A stretch of 64,000 nucleotides of DNA from Tubiluchus corallicola (lineage: Eukaryota > Animalia > Priapulida): positions 727,171 to 791,170 of the forward strand of contig JAQGDQ010000030.1 of assembly GCA_030141605.1 (NCBI GenBank), written 5' to 3'. A program made the position numbers and the translations under genes. The notes under the pieces were generated by a model. It ran no database searches. It was not told the origin of the DNA and saw only the letters and a program-made list of their open reading frames with translations. Positions 25,480 through 40,033 of the stretch are shown here, piece by piece (position 1 is the first letter of the stretch; each line of letters begins with the position of its first letter).

Positions 25480-26610
25480 CTCACACCCTCATCTCCCTTG
25501 CTTCTCCTTCATGCTCACCCACTCACTCGCTGCCCCGCTGCTTCACCCCATTCCACTCCGCTCACCCTCTCACACTCCTCCAGACCCACTCCTTCACCCT
25601 CCTCCACTCAGTCTCTCACTCATTTACTCCACTCACCCTCTCCCAGTACCCACTCCCTCACCCATTCCCACTCACCCGCTCCCCCTCCCCAGACCCACTC
25701 CCTCGCCCCCTCCCACTGCCACCCCCGTACCCTCTCACCCGCTCACACTCCTCTGGACCCACTCCTTCACCCTCCTCCACTCAATCTCTCACTCATTTAC
25801 TCCACTCACCCTCTCCCAGTACCCACTCCCTCACCCCTTCCCACTCCCCCTCCCCAGACCCACTCCCTCGCCCCCTCCCACTGCCACCCCCGTACCCTCT
25901 CACCCGCTCACACTCCTCTGGACCCACTCCTTCACCCTCCTCCACTCAATCTCTCACTCATTTACTCCACTCACCCTCTCCCAGTACCCACTCCCTCACC
26001 CATTCCCACTCACCCGCTCCCCCTCCCCAGACCCACTCCCTCGCCCCCTCCCACTGCCACCCCCGTACCCTCTCACCCGCTCACGCTCCTCTGGACCCAC
26101 TCAACCCTCCTCCACTCAATCTCTCACTCATTTACTCCACTCACCCTCTCCCAGTACTCACTCCCTCACCCCTACCCACTCCCCCTCCCCAGACCCACTC
26201 CCTCGCCCCCTCCCACTGCCACGCCCGTGCCCTCTCACTCACACTCCTCCGGACCCACTCCTTCACCCTCCTCCACTCAATCTCTCACTCATTTACTCCA
26301 CTCACCCTCTCCCAGTGCCCACTCCCTCACTCCTTCCCACTCACCCCCTCCCCAGACCCACTCCCTCGCCCCCTCCCACTTCCACCCCCATGCCCTCTCA
26401 CCCACTCCCTCCCCCATTCCACTCACTTATTCACTCCGCTCACCCTCTCACACTCCTCCAGACCCACTCCTTCACCCTCCTCCACTCAATCTCTCACTCA
26501 TTCACTCCGTCCACCCTCCCAGTCACCTGCTCTCTCACCCCCTCCCTCTTATTCATTTGCACTTCTTTCTCACACTCTCGCACCTCCTTGTCTCTCCCTC
26601 TCATGCTACC
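25480..26610. repeat. C-rich minisatellite, ~6 units of 162-173 bp
   Basis: The anchor AGACCCACTCCCTCGCCCCC occurs at 25691, 25856, 26029, 26191 and 26354 (spacings 165, 173, 162, 163). The + strand has very few G. Confidence 0.92.
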
Positions 26611-26637
26611 TTTTATACTGGATTTATTTTTTGTTTT

Positions 26638-26925
26638 GTACTAGTCGAAACACTGGGGATTCAGCAGAAGCCAATTATTCTTGAATTGAAAACGCTGTTA
26701 ATCATTGACGGAGAATTTCAAAATATAAAAGCAACTCGACAGCTACATTTTACAAGTAACTTTACTCAACCAAACGAAAAATCGACTCCGCAAACTTCAT
26801 CTGAAACGTCTGATACATTGATCTACGATAATTTTTCTGCTAAATTTGTTTTTTTCTGAATCTTGCTCTTGGTCCATGGTTTCGAATTCAAGAAGAATTG
26901 GAATCCCTAGTGTTTCAACTAGTAC
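26638..26925. mobile_element. Small inverted-repeat element (25-bp arms)
   Basis: GTACTAGTCGAAACACTGGGGATTC matches the reverse complement of GAATCCCTAGTGTTTCAACTAGTAC at 23/25. The right arm plus ~50 bp of flank recurs at ~27956-28030. Confidence 0.5.
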
Positions 26926-28536
26926 CTCATGCACTAATCCAGAGTGATTACAGTGGATGAAGGCAGTACATATTTGGTCGAACTGTGTATCTTTCACTCT
27001 GATCACTCAATTTTTCTTTAATCAGTTATCCTTAATCTTAAAATATTTTCAGTAAATTCACAATCTTATATTGATTTGTTTCACCTGCAATGTGCAGAAT
27101 TTTATTTTTTCGATGCTACTCAGTGGTTTTTAAATTAATAATTACTTCTCCAAATTATTAGACAGCGCTATATAACAGAGGTCCAATTTGGAATAAACTA
27201 CTATTAATTCAGCATTTAATTTATCCATCAGTTAGAGAAAAAGACTTAATACTTATAAAAGAGACAACATTGGCTGATTCATTTAAGGTAGTAATTTTAT
27301 ATTCATTTAAGGTAGTAATTTTATAAAGTGAAGAAAGAGAGCAAAGCAAACACCATTTCTAAATCAGGAAAATAAAAGCGCATCCAATATGTTATTCATG
27401 TTTTGTTTCTTGAAATGGAAGTTGATTTTGTAAAGCTGTTAGCTCTACTCGTACTTTGCATGTAGATACTTCATTGTAACGATTAGATAGCAAGAATACT
27501 GAGAAGTGAAAAATAATACATTTGCTGGTATTTGCACTAAAATGGCTAATGCGTCAATTTTATAGCATAATTATGTAATTAGATCAATTTAAGTAGTGTT
27601 ATTTGTCTGATCTTGTCTTGCATTCCACCAGTTAACGCAAATCCTAGTTTTCTTGTATTGATGAAATGGTTAAAAAAATTCACAAAACTGCCCATAGGTA
27701 CATGTTATGTTTGTTGTTTTTACCATTAAGCTTCGAGGAATACAGTATGTTAGAACGAGACAATACGAATAGTCAATGTCAATGTCATGATGCTTCTAGG
27801 AAGACAGCACGAATAGTCAATGTCAATATCATGTACAGTACATGTTAGTATGGATTAATGTTGTACTGCTCGAAACATTTAAATAAAAACAACTAATTCG
27901 CTGTTTAACAAAGCCTTGTAAAAACAATTATTAATCAAAATGCAAGTATAGGTTTGGAATCCCGAGTCTTCCGACTAGTACCTCAGGCAGTACGCATTGT
28001 AGTTAGAATAGATGAAGGCTGTACATATTTGATTTTATCTAATCTTTAACATCTTCGCTTTAAAGTTTAAAAAGTTGGGCAGTTTGCTGTAAAATAATTG
28101 ACAGAATCAATTTTTTTGGAATTCTATTACAAAGTCATCGCACATGTATGTTGCTTGTTGGGTTAAAAAAATTATCACTGAAAAAAATTTCCCTGTCATT
28201 CAAAATAAACTTCCACTTCACTAAGCAAAACAATCATAGCTAAAATGCATTTTGACCTTTTCCCTTTTCTCCCCTTCAATGTATTAAATCTTTGCAAAAC
28301 TTCTACCTTAAAGCACGAGAAAACACACTATAAATAAAAAGCCAACTCTGGACAGATTTGATCGAATGTAATCTTGGCTGCACTCCTGTCATGCTCTGGC
28401 CGCTAGTGGCGTCATAGGTATTTCTGGAGAAACAGCAGTCCTGGGGTGGTTTTTAACTTTCAAACAATAACGTTGGATGGTAAAAATAAACCCAAAGGAA
28501 ATTTCGTTTCGTTTTTTTACAGGCAGGACGCGTCTC

Positions 28537-28609
28537 TTATGCAGCACATTCTAAACACTCGTTTAAAATATTTCAATTTTAATATGAGTGTTTAGAATGT
28601 GCTGCATAA
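28537..28609. repeat. 73-nt hairpin with a perfect 24-bp stem
   Basis: TTATGCAGCACATTCTAAACACTC ... GAGTGTTTAGAATGTGCTGCATAA. Confidence 0.85.
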
Positions 28610-31600
28610 AGAAAGACAGTTAATTAAGAACTACTGACTCTCACTTTTTTAAAATAGAAGCTTACGCGTTTCAAAAAAAACAAAAAGGCGCCACACAAAA
28701 CTGCAAGATAATTGTGAATTTACTGGCAATGATACTGATCAGAATTACTGATGGCATCTGTTAACTAATAACTGATACACGTGTGACCAAATATGTAACT
28801 ATCCTGTGTCACTGTCACTTGACGAAACTTTCGTGATCCAACTGCAGCCAGTTCTTTTATCAACCATATGGATTCGACCCTGCATGGATATGTCTTCTGG
28901 ATGTGAGCCAGTGATTCTGTTCAAATGAAAAAGGCTTAAATAAATACCAAGTTGTCAAGGTTACAAATTCAAGATTTTAAATTCGATAGTAAAACAAGCC
29001 ATAATAGTAATAGTCATGGAGCTGCGTGTGCGAAGTTTTTTAATCACACTTGTATATAACTCAGTGTTATATGTCATAAGTTATAACAAACATATGGCAT
29101 AATAAGTCTTATTGGTAAGCTGCTCAAATGGTATCAAATACTTTTGACAGAAGCTGCTAGGCCTACTACCAAGAAAACTGAAGTGACAAATTCATTCCCC
29201 GCTACTATTTTTGCAGGGAAACGCTTCCGTTACGATAATGTTTAGCACAGCTGACATTAAACTTTATTTTTTCTTGAATCATAACTAGTTTTAACTGATT
29301 TTTAAAACGTTATGCAAATAAGTATATTGCATTATAATTAACGTGATGTTTGTGTATGTTGTAGGTTTTAATTGGTTTTAGATTGTGATTTTATCTTGTG
29401 TATTGGTTATTGCACTGAGAAGTATGTTTTTGTGTCTGCGTCTTTGCGTCATTTGAATTTGCATTACATTATTGTGTGTATTGCTTAATGTTTGATATCT
29501 CGTTTGTAATACGTGAATTAGTTTTATACTGAAATGTTTGTATTTGATGTCTTTGTATTGGTATTTTGTTTGTAACACTATTGCAAATAGCAGTGTTTTA
29601 GCTGGTTATACATAATTATTTTACTTGTATATATGATACTTATGTATAGCAATGCAAAGCCAGCATAATTTTGAGGGGTTTAATTTTAAAACAAATTAAC
29701 AGATCACTACTAATCTAAACGGAAACTAGAAGATGAAGATGAAGACTTGAGAAACAAAGTTGAAGTTAATATATTGTTCTACAAAGCGTTTTTTTTAATT
29801 TTGTGCAACCAAATGTCTTCGTCAGCCATTACTTTACACTCGTGAAGCCTTTGCTTTTATTACCGGCAATTACGGTAAAATATTACAGCATCCAACATTA
29901 GACATTTAGTGACAGACCGTGTCATACGGGCACTGGTCCCAACTTGCAGAGTCATGAACTGTATTTAAAAAATTATTTTAGATTAGTTTCCCTTATTTAG
30001 CTCTCATTCAATATATAGAATCATAAGTACAAAATTTGCTTTCCTTACCAAGCTCACTCCGAAACACTGCTCCTCATAATTATGTTGCATTTTTCAATTA
30101 GCAAAAGAAGTTCTTGTCGTGTGTTAGCTTCTACAGTCTAATTTTAATGTTACTGCTGTATGAACCTGAAACAACGTTGTGAAGAACGTAAAAACACTAC
30201 AGCAAAAGACTGCAGAAAAAATAACGCATAATGCAGGTTTGATAAACGGGTTCATTGAAAACAATATAGAGTTATTTTACGTCTAACAGCATAAACAAGT
30301 GAATCTTATACGATGATTATTTCATAAAGGGGTCCGATTATGCTTTGTCAAGCTTTGAGGAACTATGAAATAAAATTGAACTTTTACTTAAAAATTGAGT
30401 ACAGAGTATAAATTAGACTTAAGCATGGCAAATAATTACGAAGATACTTATGTTGTTTTGATTTTGAATTTAGATCGAAAGAAAATTTGTGCAAAAAGGC
30501 TGAATATTAAGAAAAGCTCTGCATTTTTAAATTCTGCTGTTCATAAGATTATAGCATTTTCAAGACAACAGTTGCGAAATAGAGCCAGCCAAACAGCATG
30601 GGAAGCTTACACGTTAAAATTTTCCTGTTGACTGTGTACAGTAAGTTTTTGCTCAATGACGTTAATGCTTTCTATGAAACGAGACGTTATAAACGAAACG
30701 GCTTAACATGAGTCGTGATGGTTCTGTGTCTAAAAACTACAGGTTAAACTACTTTATAAGCTAGATTTCTTATTAAAATTAAAAAGCTGCTGAAAAGAGT
30801 AAAATTTAACTTCCAAACATAAGAGGTCTGATTAGAGGCCCAAACATAATAAAGAAATGATTAAAAAACAAATTCCATTTATAAAATTACATGATCGATA
30901 CTTGAAAACTTTTAATAACCTATTACTTCTCAACTCAAGCTGCCATCACTGCTATTTCTGCTTTTAGAAGAGTTAGTAGCTATGAATTTATTTCTTAATT
31001 AATCTAATTAATGTAATGAACTAAATACTAACATACTAAATACTAAAATAGTCAAACTTTTACAAAATGTAACTTAGATTTTGTACCACTGCTGATCGAA
31101 CTTTGTGCGCATTGCTAATTTTGTAAAATTTTGAGACTAACTTAATTATAAATTAATTTTAATGTTAGTACATTATGTGATGGTGAGGCTTCTTATGCCA
31201 CCGGGTGAAATGGCCACGAAATTTGGTGTCAAAAAGATATTAACAAATTTGAAAAACACTCATGGTTAAAGAAGCTCCACTTATGTAATTTTACCCTCTT
31301 CTACGAACTATAGGCCTTAATACTTAGTATGCCTTGTAATATTTACCTAACGTAATACTATTAATTAGTGACACTAATTACTTAAATTATGAATTAATTA
31401 TAGCCTAATAATTAGCTTATTTAATTAAATAATTATACTTAATTATGGTACTAAGTATGTAACTAAAAGCAGACAGCAGCTTGAAAACGAAGTAAGTCTG
31501 TTTATAAAAAATAATAGCGAAATTCGAGCTAAAGAATTAGCACTTCGATCTCTTTGCTAGTTGAAATTAAACTTGTTTACAATAATCGCATTGACCGTCA

Positions 31601-32639
31601 CATTGTTGGAAAGAAACATTTTTTTAGTTTTACTAAAAAAATTAAAAGTTTTATTAAAATTGCAAGTATTTGTAATCTAATTGTTTCCAAAATTTCACCG
31701 AAATTTGAAGCGTTTGACTTGTTCAAACAAAAGTCGAAATAGTAAGAAAATTTTCTCAAACCTGCGTTGTTTCTAAACGATCACGTTTAAACACATGGAT
31801 GTTCATAATCTTGTGATAAGCTAAACTTCACATTATCAGCATTATCAAGTTTTATACAGTTCACAGGAATACCGCGATCACTGTGCAAAAATTCCTGCAA
31901 GTCTGAGATTCATCGTATCAAAAATGTACTGCAAAACAGCTCTTAAAACTATTAGTTCTGTGATTAAACTTCAATCTAACAAATTTTAGGGGAGCGAGTG
32001 AATGATCAAACTTGTTAGGTAGCAGAGTAACTTCTGTGACAGGCTTCATGTTGTTTGTACATCTCAACACAAAATTAACGCGTGTAAGTAGGATATGAAG
32101 GTTTAAAGTCGACTTGAGATCATTGGCTCACTCGCAATATTGAACGATTGTAGCTGGCTCCGAAGAATGCAAGGGGTTTGGGATATAAGTAGTAAAAACA
32201 GTAATAGACACTTGAATTTTAACAAAAAAATTCGTATTTGTGCTATCTTGTAGCCTATTATATTTCATAAGTATTAACTAAATATTTCAATTTAATTGCT
32301 TAAGTCTTAGCGCTTTTCGTACTAATTCTTTCTGAATTCCTACTTCTTAATTTCGTTTTTAGACTTAAGACGAACTATTTCAATAGAAAATTAATATTTA
32401 CATGACCTTAACATATTGTTTGGAAAGAACTGCCTTTGTTCCAGGGTGGAAGAAACTTTACTGCTGCCATGATTTTGGCGTGTCACTGTCGTTGATGCTG
32501 CTGTTGCCTTGTGTCATCACGATTGATTAGAATCTAAAATAATTAGAAAGTTGAACATTAACGGAAAGCAAGGATTGAGGAAATTGCTAATGCAAATAAA
32601 AATTACTCGCTTTTATAAGTATTTGAGGATTTCGAACAC

Positions 32640-33000
32640 GTGGATTACTTTGCGAAAAACGATTAGCAGACACAACGTTAACTGCAATATGCGACAACTG
32701 TTGTAGGACAATGCTCAATAGCCTCTAGTCTCCAAGAAATGCTAAAAATATGCTCCGATTATGGTGAAAAATATATAAGCTTAATGAACGAAAGACTAAA
32801 TGCATCAGATTAAGTAGACATTTTCCGAACGTGTATCAAAGTTCAGACGTACAAAAAATGCTAGTGTTTTTTTAAATAATGAATTGTTGTGAATCGACAA
32901 TGTTAACTAGTCGTAATATACAACAATCTAAAAACAGATGTATCTGAACGTATAAGAAAATTCTCCAGAGCTTTTCATGCCATCTATTTCATTGGTGGTC
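32640..33000 (+). mobile_element. Decayed LINE reverse-transcriptase fragment
   Basis: Frameshifted translation ASSLQEMLKICSDYGEKYIS-NERKTKCIRLS ... DVSERIRKFSRAF matches the region after YADD in non-LTR RTs (LQxMLxxCxxY...NxxKTKC). Confidence 0.65.
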
Positions 33001-36000
33001 AACCAAATCCATTGTTAACGGCTAAACTAATTAGGGCACTCTACAAAAAACTACTGAAAATAAATAACTGAAGAAACAATGTGATAAAATAAAAAAATTG
33101 TTGTATTAATCAATGATAAGGGAGACAAAATGAAACAATATAATTGAACCATTACAAAACTAGAGATACGTGGCATATTTTCTCAGCGTGAGGAGACCAG
33201 AAAGTTAATTTATTATGATTATCATCACGTATAATAAGTACTCACTATATATGCCAGAGCACTCATTATATAATGTTACTTACCTCGTCAGGCGATGTTG
33301 TGGAACTGGTATCGGGTCCTCCTGCGCCAACGAGAAGTTTTACGTTAGGTAGTGCCGACGTCGCCCTTGAATCCTGTTTCCGCGCCTCATGCCACCTCCT
33401 TGGACCAGCTTCCCATCTATGACCGTAACCCTCTTGTTGCTTGCTGACTGTTCGACTGGAAAGACACATCAACATTAATACGCAAACATGTTTAAAAAGT
33501 CTTCAGCTAAATTGCCTAACATTATAGCATACTTCAAAGTCGAAGCAGAGAACATAAATCAAAAGTTTAATGTAAACAAACATTTTACAAGAAAACGACT
33601 AGCTAGCATTTTACATGAAGGCTTGGCTTCTTTTCTCTAGTTCTTGTGAAAAGCTTAATTATAATATGATGCCTCAGAAATTTGCCTAATTACAAATTGT
33701 AATCGCTTCACACAATGTATTGAATTTCCACATTTTCTATCTAGACAAACCTGTTTAAGCAATTAAAGAATTAGAATTCTAAGAATTAAAGATTTGTGTA
33801 TTTAGTAGTTAAATATAAACTAAATTTTTGTACATTTGATGTATTGTTCGTTTATTGGATAATGTCAGTCGAAAATATTTCCTTAGAATTTTATGATCTC
33901 CTACTTACGCCTTCTTTTACTTCCGGTACCTATATGGGCAGGAATTTGTTGACCTGCGAGTTCGATATTTGTTATTTCATGTTCTGCCGTCCATTGCAAA
34001 ACTGGAATGGCACCAAAAAAACGAAAATTAAATAAGAATTTATTTATAAATTACACGATTTGAGCAATTAATTAATTAATTTTGTATAAATTAGTTTCCA
34101 ACAAAATAAGCAATTGCTATGCTTTATAATTTATTATGGCGACGGAACACAGCCATACGGTAGTTTTATCTGTGGTTTATTAGTGATACAGAAATTTTAC
34201 GTTAATTACCAAACCAGAACACCCTTCCCCATAACAGCATTCAGTGCAAGTGTAATGATAAATAAAATTATTAAAGTTTGTAAGTAAACAAATGATTACT
34301 GAATAATTTGAAAAACGTAATACAAAGTGCGGTGTAAAGTTTTAAAGAAACCATACTTAATTAATTAAGAGACAACACATTTAATTAACCGCAAGAAATA
34401 ATTTCAATATTAAAGTCGAATTATTTAATTTCATTTTATATTACTACCTACTTCTCAGCCAGCATAGCTTTAAATCCTGAAATTAAAAAAACAGATATCT
34501 TAATTCCGGTACAAGTTGTAAGTTATATAGGGTCTAATTTTTATGACGTGACAAGTAACAAAAAAAAGCTGCAGTTATGACAGATATTGAGTTTTCATGA
34601 TGATGGTATGAGATTGGAAAGAGATTATGAACATCTTCAGCGTGTTGTGCCCATTCCCATGCTATTTCATAAAATAATAATAAAACAGATATATGCAAAT
34701 ATTTTAATTACTATATTTGCTGACTAATTTTATTAAGCAGAAGCTAAGATCAAATAATAAAACAATGAGAAAAGTTCAATTAAACAAAATATGGTTAACA
34801 TGGTTAACAAATGAATACGGTTGTTCATTCTTAGCAAGTGCACAAAATATGTCATACGCATTAGAAATTACTGACGTTATTTTAATATTACAAAATTCAA
34901 CTATTTATTAAATTCACTGCATACCCTTTTTGACAAAATTTTGGCGAATCTTTTATCAAAACAGCGAGATTCTCGAGAGACTTGAACAGATTTTTTTCCA
35001 GTTTTGATGCATTTGTGGAAACTGTCTACAACTCATCTTGGTACTGTACCCATAGGCCTGTAAATTACTATCGTACGTATTTTATATATATCAAACATGT
35101 CAAACTATGCCAGAAATTGCAGCTGAAATTTAATTTTGTTTTATAAACATACACTAGAGGTACAGTAAAAGCAGTTAAGAGTTATCGAAAATACGAGGCA
35201 AAACGAACGGTTTGCCCAAGTGATAAAGCGATATTATTTAACTATTAATTAGGTAATTAAGTATTAAAAGCTTCGTAAATGTTAAGCTGTAACTGAGCAT
35301 GCATGTCGGGCGATGCAGAAGAAATGTGTCGCAATTTAGACTATAATAATATTAGAAGCAAGTGAAAATTTCACAGTGTGATATTACAACGCATTAAAAA
35401 TAGGCTGAGACAATTAAAAGTTTACAGCTATAGTGGTTTTTTAGTTATTAATATGTCGGAATAATGTCAGTTGATTATCAATCGAAAAAATCCATTTTTT
35501 GCTTTGACATACAGGCACTCAATACATAGTAGCAAAACAATAAGAAATCAACCAGTTTACATCATAGAAATCATCCCAGAAAATAAATCACTGATAAAAA
35601 TTTGTTAAAAAAGGGACTTAATTATTGTGATTACAATGTCTAGAATTTCTTAAAGAGAAAGTGTAAGACGGCTGCACACTGCCAAGAGCCGTTTGATGCA
35701 GAGGAACAAAAAGCAAAAAGCAAATAGCGACGAGAACAATCACATTTTTAAAAATTATTTGAAAGCTTCAAAGCAAAAAAGTTCGAAAAAAGCATCAAAT
35801 CATAGTTGACCAGCTTCCATATAATAAAATCATACAGTTGCTTGCTAACGTGGCAAAAATTCTGCCATTTTTGCAAAGCCGTGTGCATTACCAATTCTTA
35901 ATGAAGTGAAGTATAGTCAGTCAACATTTGAAAGCATTTTTATCTTTGTTTTCTAACTTAGGTCAATAACCTAAAGTACGTCATAGTATGTCATTGCACA

Positions 36001-36961
36001 TACCGCACAAATTTGAGTTTTATGCAAGCATTTACTTTCAAAATTACCGTTCTCATATCAAAACGTTACTTCTCAAATGTCATATTATTATGATTATATT
36101 ATATCATTTAATTTTGTTTTTGCTTTACTTGTAATTTTATCCCTTATAATATAGATAACCTTTGCATTATTTTTCTTTATTGTGCTAAAATGAACTTCAT
36201 TGAAAGAATCTCTAAAATTCGTAGTGTTATAAATGAACTTTAATCCAGCCATGTACAAAATGTATTAAATTTGTAAATAGGGGCGACTGACTTAGTTGAC
36301 CGTATAGTCTTTCGCTACCCTTTCTCCATACAATTAAACTTTCTTTTTAATACCAGTTGGGTTACTAACGAATATCTATTAGTTTGTTAATTGTCAAAAT
36401 TATTACTATGTCTATCATGTACTGTAAAACGTAAAGGAGATAAATAAACAATCTTAATCTTAAAGCTGCATATCAGAATTAAGCGCTTGTGTCCGCCATA
36501 TTGCACCTACCAAAATTATTTTTTCACTGTAAATAATAAAATACAAAGTGTACTCACGTTTACTCAAGTTGTCCACGTTTACACTCAAATATTGGCGATC
36601 ACAACCTCGAACGTTTTGATAGCACTCGCAAACTGATGATTTCATTGGCGTGTTATAACCTTTTATAGTGGGCATGGCTTCAAACCGGTCCATTTCAAAC
36701 AAACAAACAACTTGGCGTCGTTACCCATATCTGTTCTGGTTCCTTGCAAAATTTGTGTAAAGAGTGTTATGTACAGTTTGTTTATGCTCGGTATACCTGT
36801 ATAGTAAGCGTGGGACGAGTCATTCAGTACCCAAAGTATTAAGCAACAACCAACTGTAATAACATAACTATAATAAACTGTATCATGTTTTTTGTACATT
36901 ATCATGGTGTTCGTTATTCGTTCTGCCTTTCCTCATTTCTTCTTTCCTGTCTCTGCCTTTT

Positions 36962-36965
<4 letters not shown>

Positions 36966-37025
<60 letters not shown>
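36966..37025. repeat. (CT)n microsatellite
   Basis: About 29 CT units, read directly. Confidence 0.95.
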
Positions 37026-37026
<1 letters not shown>

Positions 37027-38676
37027 ACTCTCTTTCTAACGGCATTTACATTGTATTAAACATATTCTCATATATATATAACTTAGAACCTAACGAATGA
37101 GACACAATGCACGACAACGATCATATATACTAGATATAGTTACAGATTATAATCCATCACGACATACATACATACATAATAAAAGATGACGAACATATAT
37201 TAATACATAGTAACAAAATCTACACGCATTATACACATTGAAAAACAACGAGTACAATTATAATAAACATAATTACCAATTCTAATGCAATTACATATAA
37301 TCATAATTAAAAACAAAACAGCATATAGAAAACACGACGTGAGCGTACAATTTCATCACCAACAGACTATTTATATACGGGCGAAAGACGATACCATTTT
37401 TCACCAGTGAAACACTAGTAAATACTACAATGTGTAAAGATACAAAGAATTTTTATATTTAATTTTAAAAGCGGCTTAATTATGATCAGTATATTTTATA
37501 TGCCAGACTAATTATTGCAGTGTAATTGTAAATACTGTATAATTGTTTTTATTTTAAATAATTTGTTTAGACCGGTAAGTATGTATTTTTTTGATAAACC
37601 CTTAAAGGTTTTCATTAGGGCACTAGGAAAACATTTTTAAACCCTTTAGAAACACTTCTTTTCAATATTGTACTTTTTTGCGGAGAATAGTGCAACCCTT
37701 TCTCAGTGTCCAACTTAGAACCTACAGATAACATATACAGAGAAAAAGGTGTTACGTAGCACAGCATCTTTGGGACACAGCATAAAAATATTAGAACTAT
37801 TTCAGGGTCACTAGGAACTTAACTACTAATTAACTACTTTTCTTTCAAGTTGGTCTTCTCTTATTGGGTCAAGTTGCTTAACTGTAGACTGTTTTTTCAG
37901 GTTGTAAAAAATTACGTACTGTTTAAGATCTACACCTGGAAAACAATTTTTTTCTGTGTGAATATGCAAGTTGTTAATTCACTCACAGTGCCCTGTAAAT
38001 TTTATAAACAGAGCATTACAAACTATTTTCAGATTAGATTTAGATTTATTTATTTTAATAGGATAGTTACATGAGTAATATAAATTAAAAATACTGGTTA
38101 GTAACTAATTAATTATCTACTAGCATAAACTAGTCTAATATGGGAATGGAAAAACGCATTTGATTAACATGTAAAAAAAATTTCGCTGCAATAATATTAT
38201 TAGAAACAGACCTAATTGCATAGATTCGTTTATGTTTTCGACGGCTGGAAGGCCTCTATTACTGTAATCAGAAAAAAACGAAAAAGTTATTTTAAATTTC
38301 TCTTAGTGGCAAAAATATTGCTGTAAATATACGCAAAACGAAGTTGCCAATAGCTGCAGATGCCCAAACAACATGACGCCCTTGAGCGTCAGAGGTTCGA
38401 AGTATTGTTCTATATGGAAGCTAGCAATTTCTCTAAACCCAAGCGCTTCATTTAATCTGTGGTTTTGATATATGCATATATAGGCATTTGTTGAATTCTC
38501 GATTTTCTAAACAGAAGAAATAATTGTGTTTCAAATAAATTAATTCAGTTTTCAGAATTGGCAAGACAAAAACCAAAAAAAGATTTTCGGAGATGCAGCT
38601 GTTTTGGCAAGATATGAATTGGCAGATGTGTGAACTGTAACATATATGATAGAGTTTTAGTTAGTACCAAACTTAA

Positions 38677-38922
38677 GTGGCAAAACCAATTCGTCCAGCT
38701 TTGACAGTGATAGAATCTTACGCGTACTTTACTTGTTGGATTGGAGCTGTTTCGTACTCTTGCTATGAATGTTACATGACGGCTTATCGAAACAAATGAA
38801 TTTGACGAAACTGACTTTAGCCCTGGTTGGGCCATTCTAGGCTATCGTAAAAAAGACATCTCAAATTATGAATGGAGCTTTTGGACTGGGTGGTTCTGTC
38901 AAATGTTATTATGGTATTGCAA
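38677..38922 (+). pseudogene. HHAT: 5' fragment of HHAT (first ~80 codons), close to copy 1
   Basis: GTGGCAAAACCAATTCGTCCAGCT.. aligns with copy 1 ATGGCGAAACCAACTCGTCCATCT.., and CGTAAAAAAGACATCTCAAATTATGAATGG is nearly identical. ATG is changed to GTG, there is a frameshift/stop at ~38790, and similarity ends abruptly. Confidence 0.85.
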
Positions 38923-40033
38923 GATCGCAACTACCATTCACATTTTTTTCGCTCTTCCACGAAATTATTTTACCTGTGCATTAATAATAGTTTTGTTAGT
39001 GAAAGCATGTCATCAATTGCACGCCTGTTGGATGCTTTTTCAGTTTATGTTTTCACACAGAACAGTATTTTGCGCCCAATCTTAGGTTTTGGACTTGTTC
39101 AGATTTGCAGTTTGACCAGTTGTAATTTATATCAGGTGGCGCCAAAAATGTGTCAAGGTTTTGGTCAATATATATTATGTATAAGAAGAAAATAATGGAA
39201 TCGCAACACTGATGTTACAACACTGGCGTTGCAGACGTTTACGTATGAACACTGCAAATTTTAGGTCATTCTTCTAGATTTTGTCCAAAGATACAAAAGG
39301 TTCAAGTCAAGAAGCCAAAAAAATTAAATATCGGAAAAAATTTGTGTCAGTACTGTGAAAATTTACTGTAAGCGCTCTATGACAGTTTATGTATCCATCA
39401 TTTTCTTAGCAAACCAGATGAAGGGCTCTATTTCCAATAGCTGACACAATTTTTTACAATGTATTTGGTTCAAGCACTCAACAATTTTTGCCTTGAATTC
39501 TTTTGCATCAAACGACGCTCAGTTTAGCATAAGAAATAGCATGATCTCGGAATTTAGCAAATGTAAGTTTTTTAGCTATTTTATTTTGGCGAGTAATTAA
39601 AGGTTGTAATGTTGTCTGGGAGGCGGTTCCTCAAGCCTGCTATGCGTAAGGCAAAGATAAATTAGGGCATATGGCATACAACTCAGACAGCGTTCTGCTA
39701 CAACACATTGTTTCTTACAGCTCCTACATGCATTGTTTAACTTCAGGCTTTCTAATATTGTTCTGATTTTCTACTCAAGGAAATCAGCCTTATTATGGGG
39801 TGATAAGCGTATTCGAAGAGACAATCGACTTAGTTTAGAGTAGAATAGGATAGAACGTTTAAATGATGCAAACAGCAAAACGTTTTTTTTTAGAAAACTG
39901 CTTGCACATCGTTATATTGATTACGAAAACGCTGATGCTTAGTGACTAAGCCTGCTTACTGTGCGTGATTTAACTGAATAAAAATGTCATCTGAATAGAA
40001 AATTAACCTAAATAATGACAAAGCTATGAAATA

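Noticed and set aside
25407-26859. Three long Pro/Ser/His/Leu-rich ORFs (377-469 aa)
   Set aside because: All three frames are open only because the C-rich satellite lacks stop codons; there is no coding signature.
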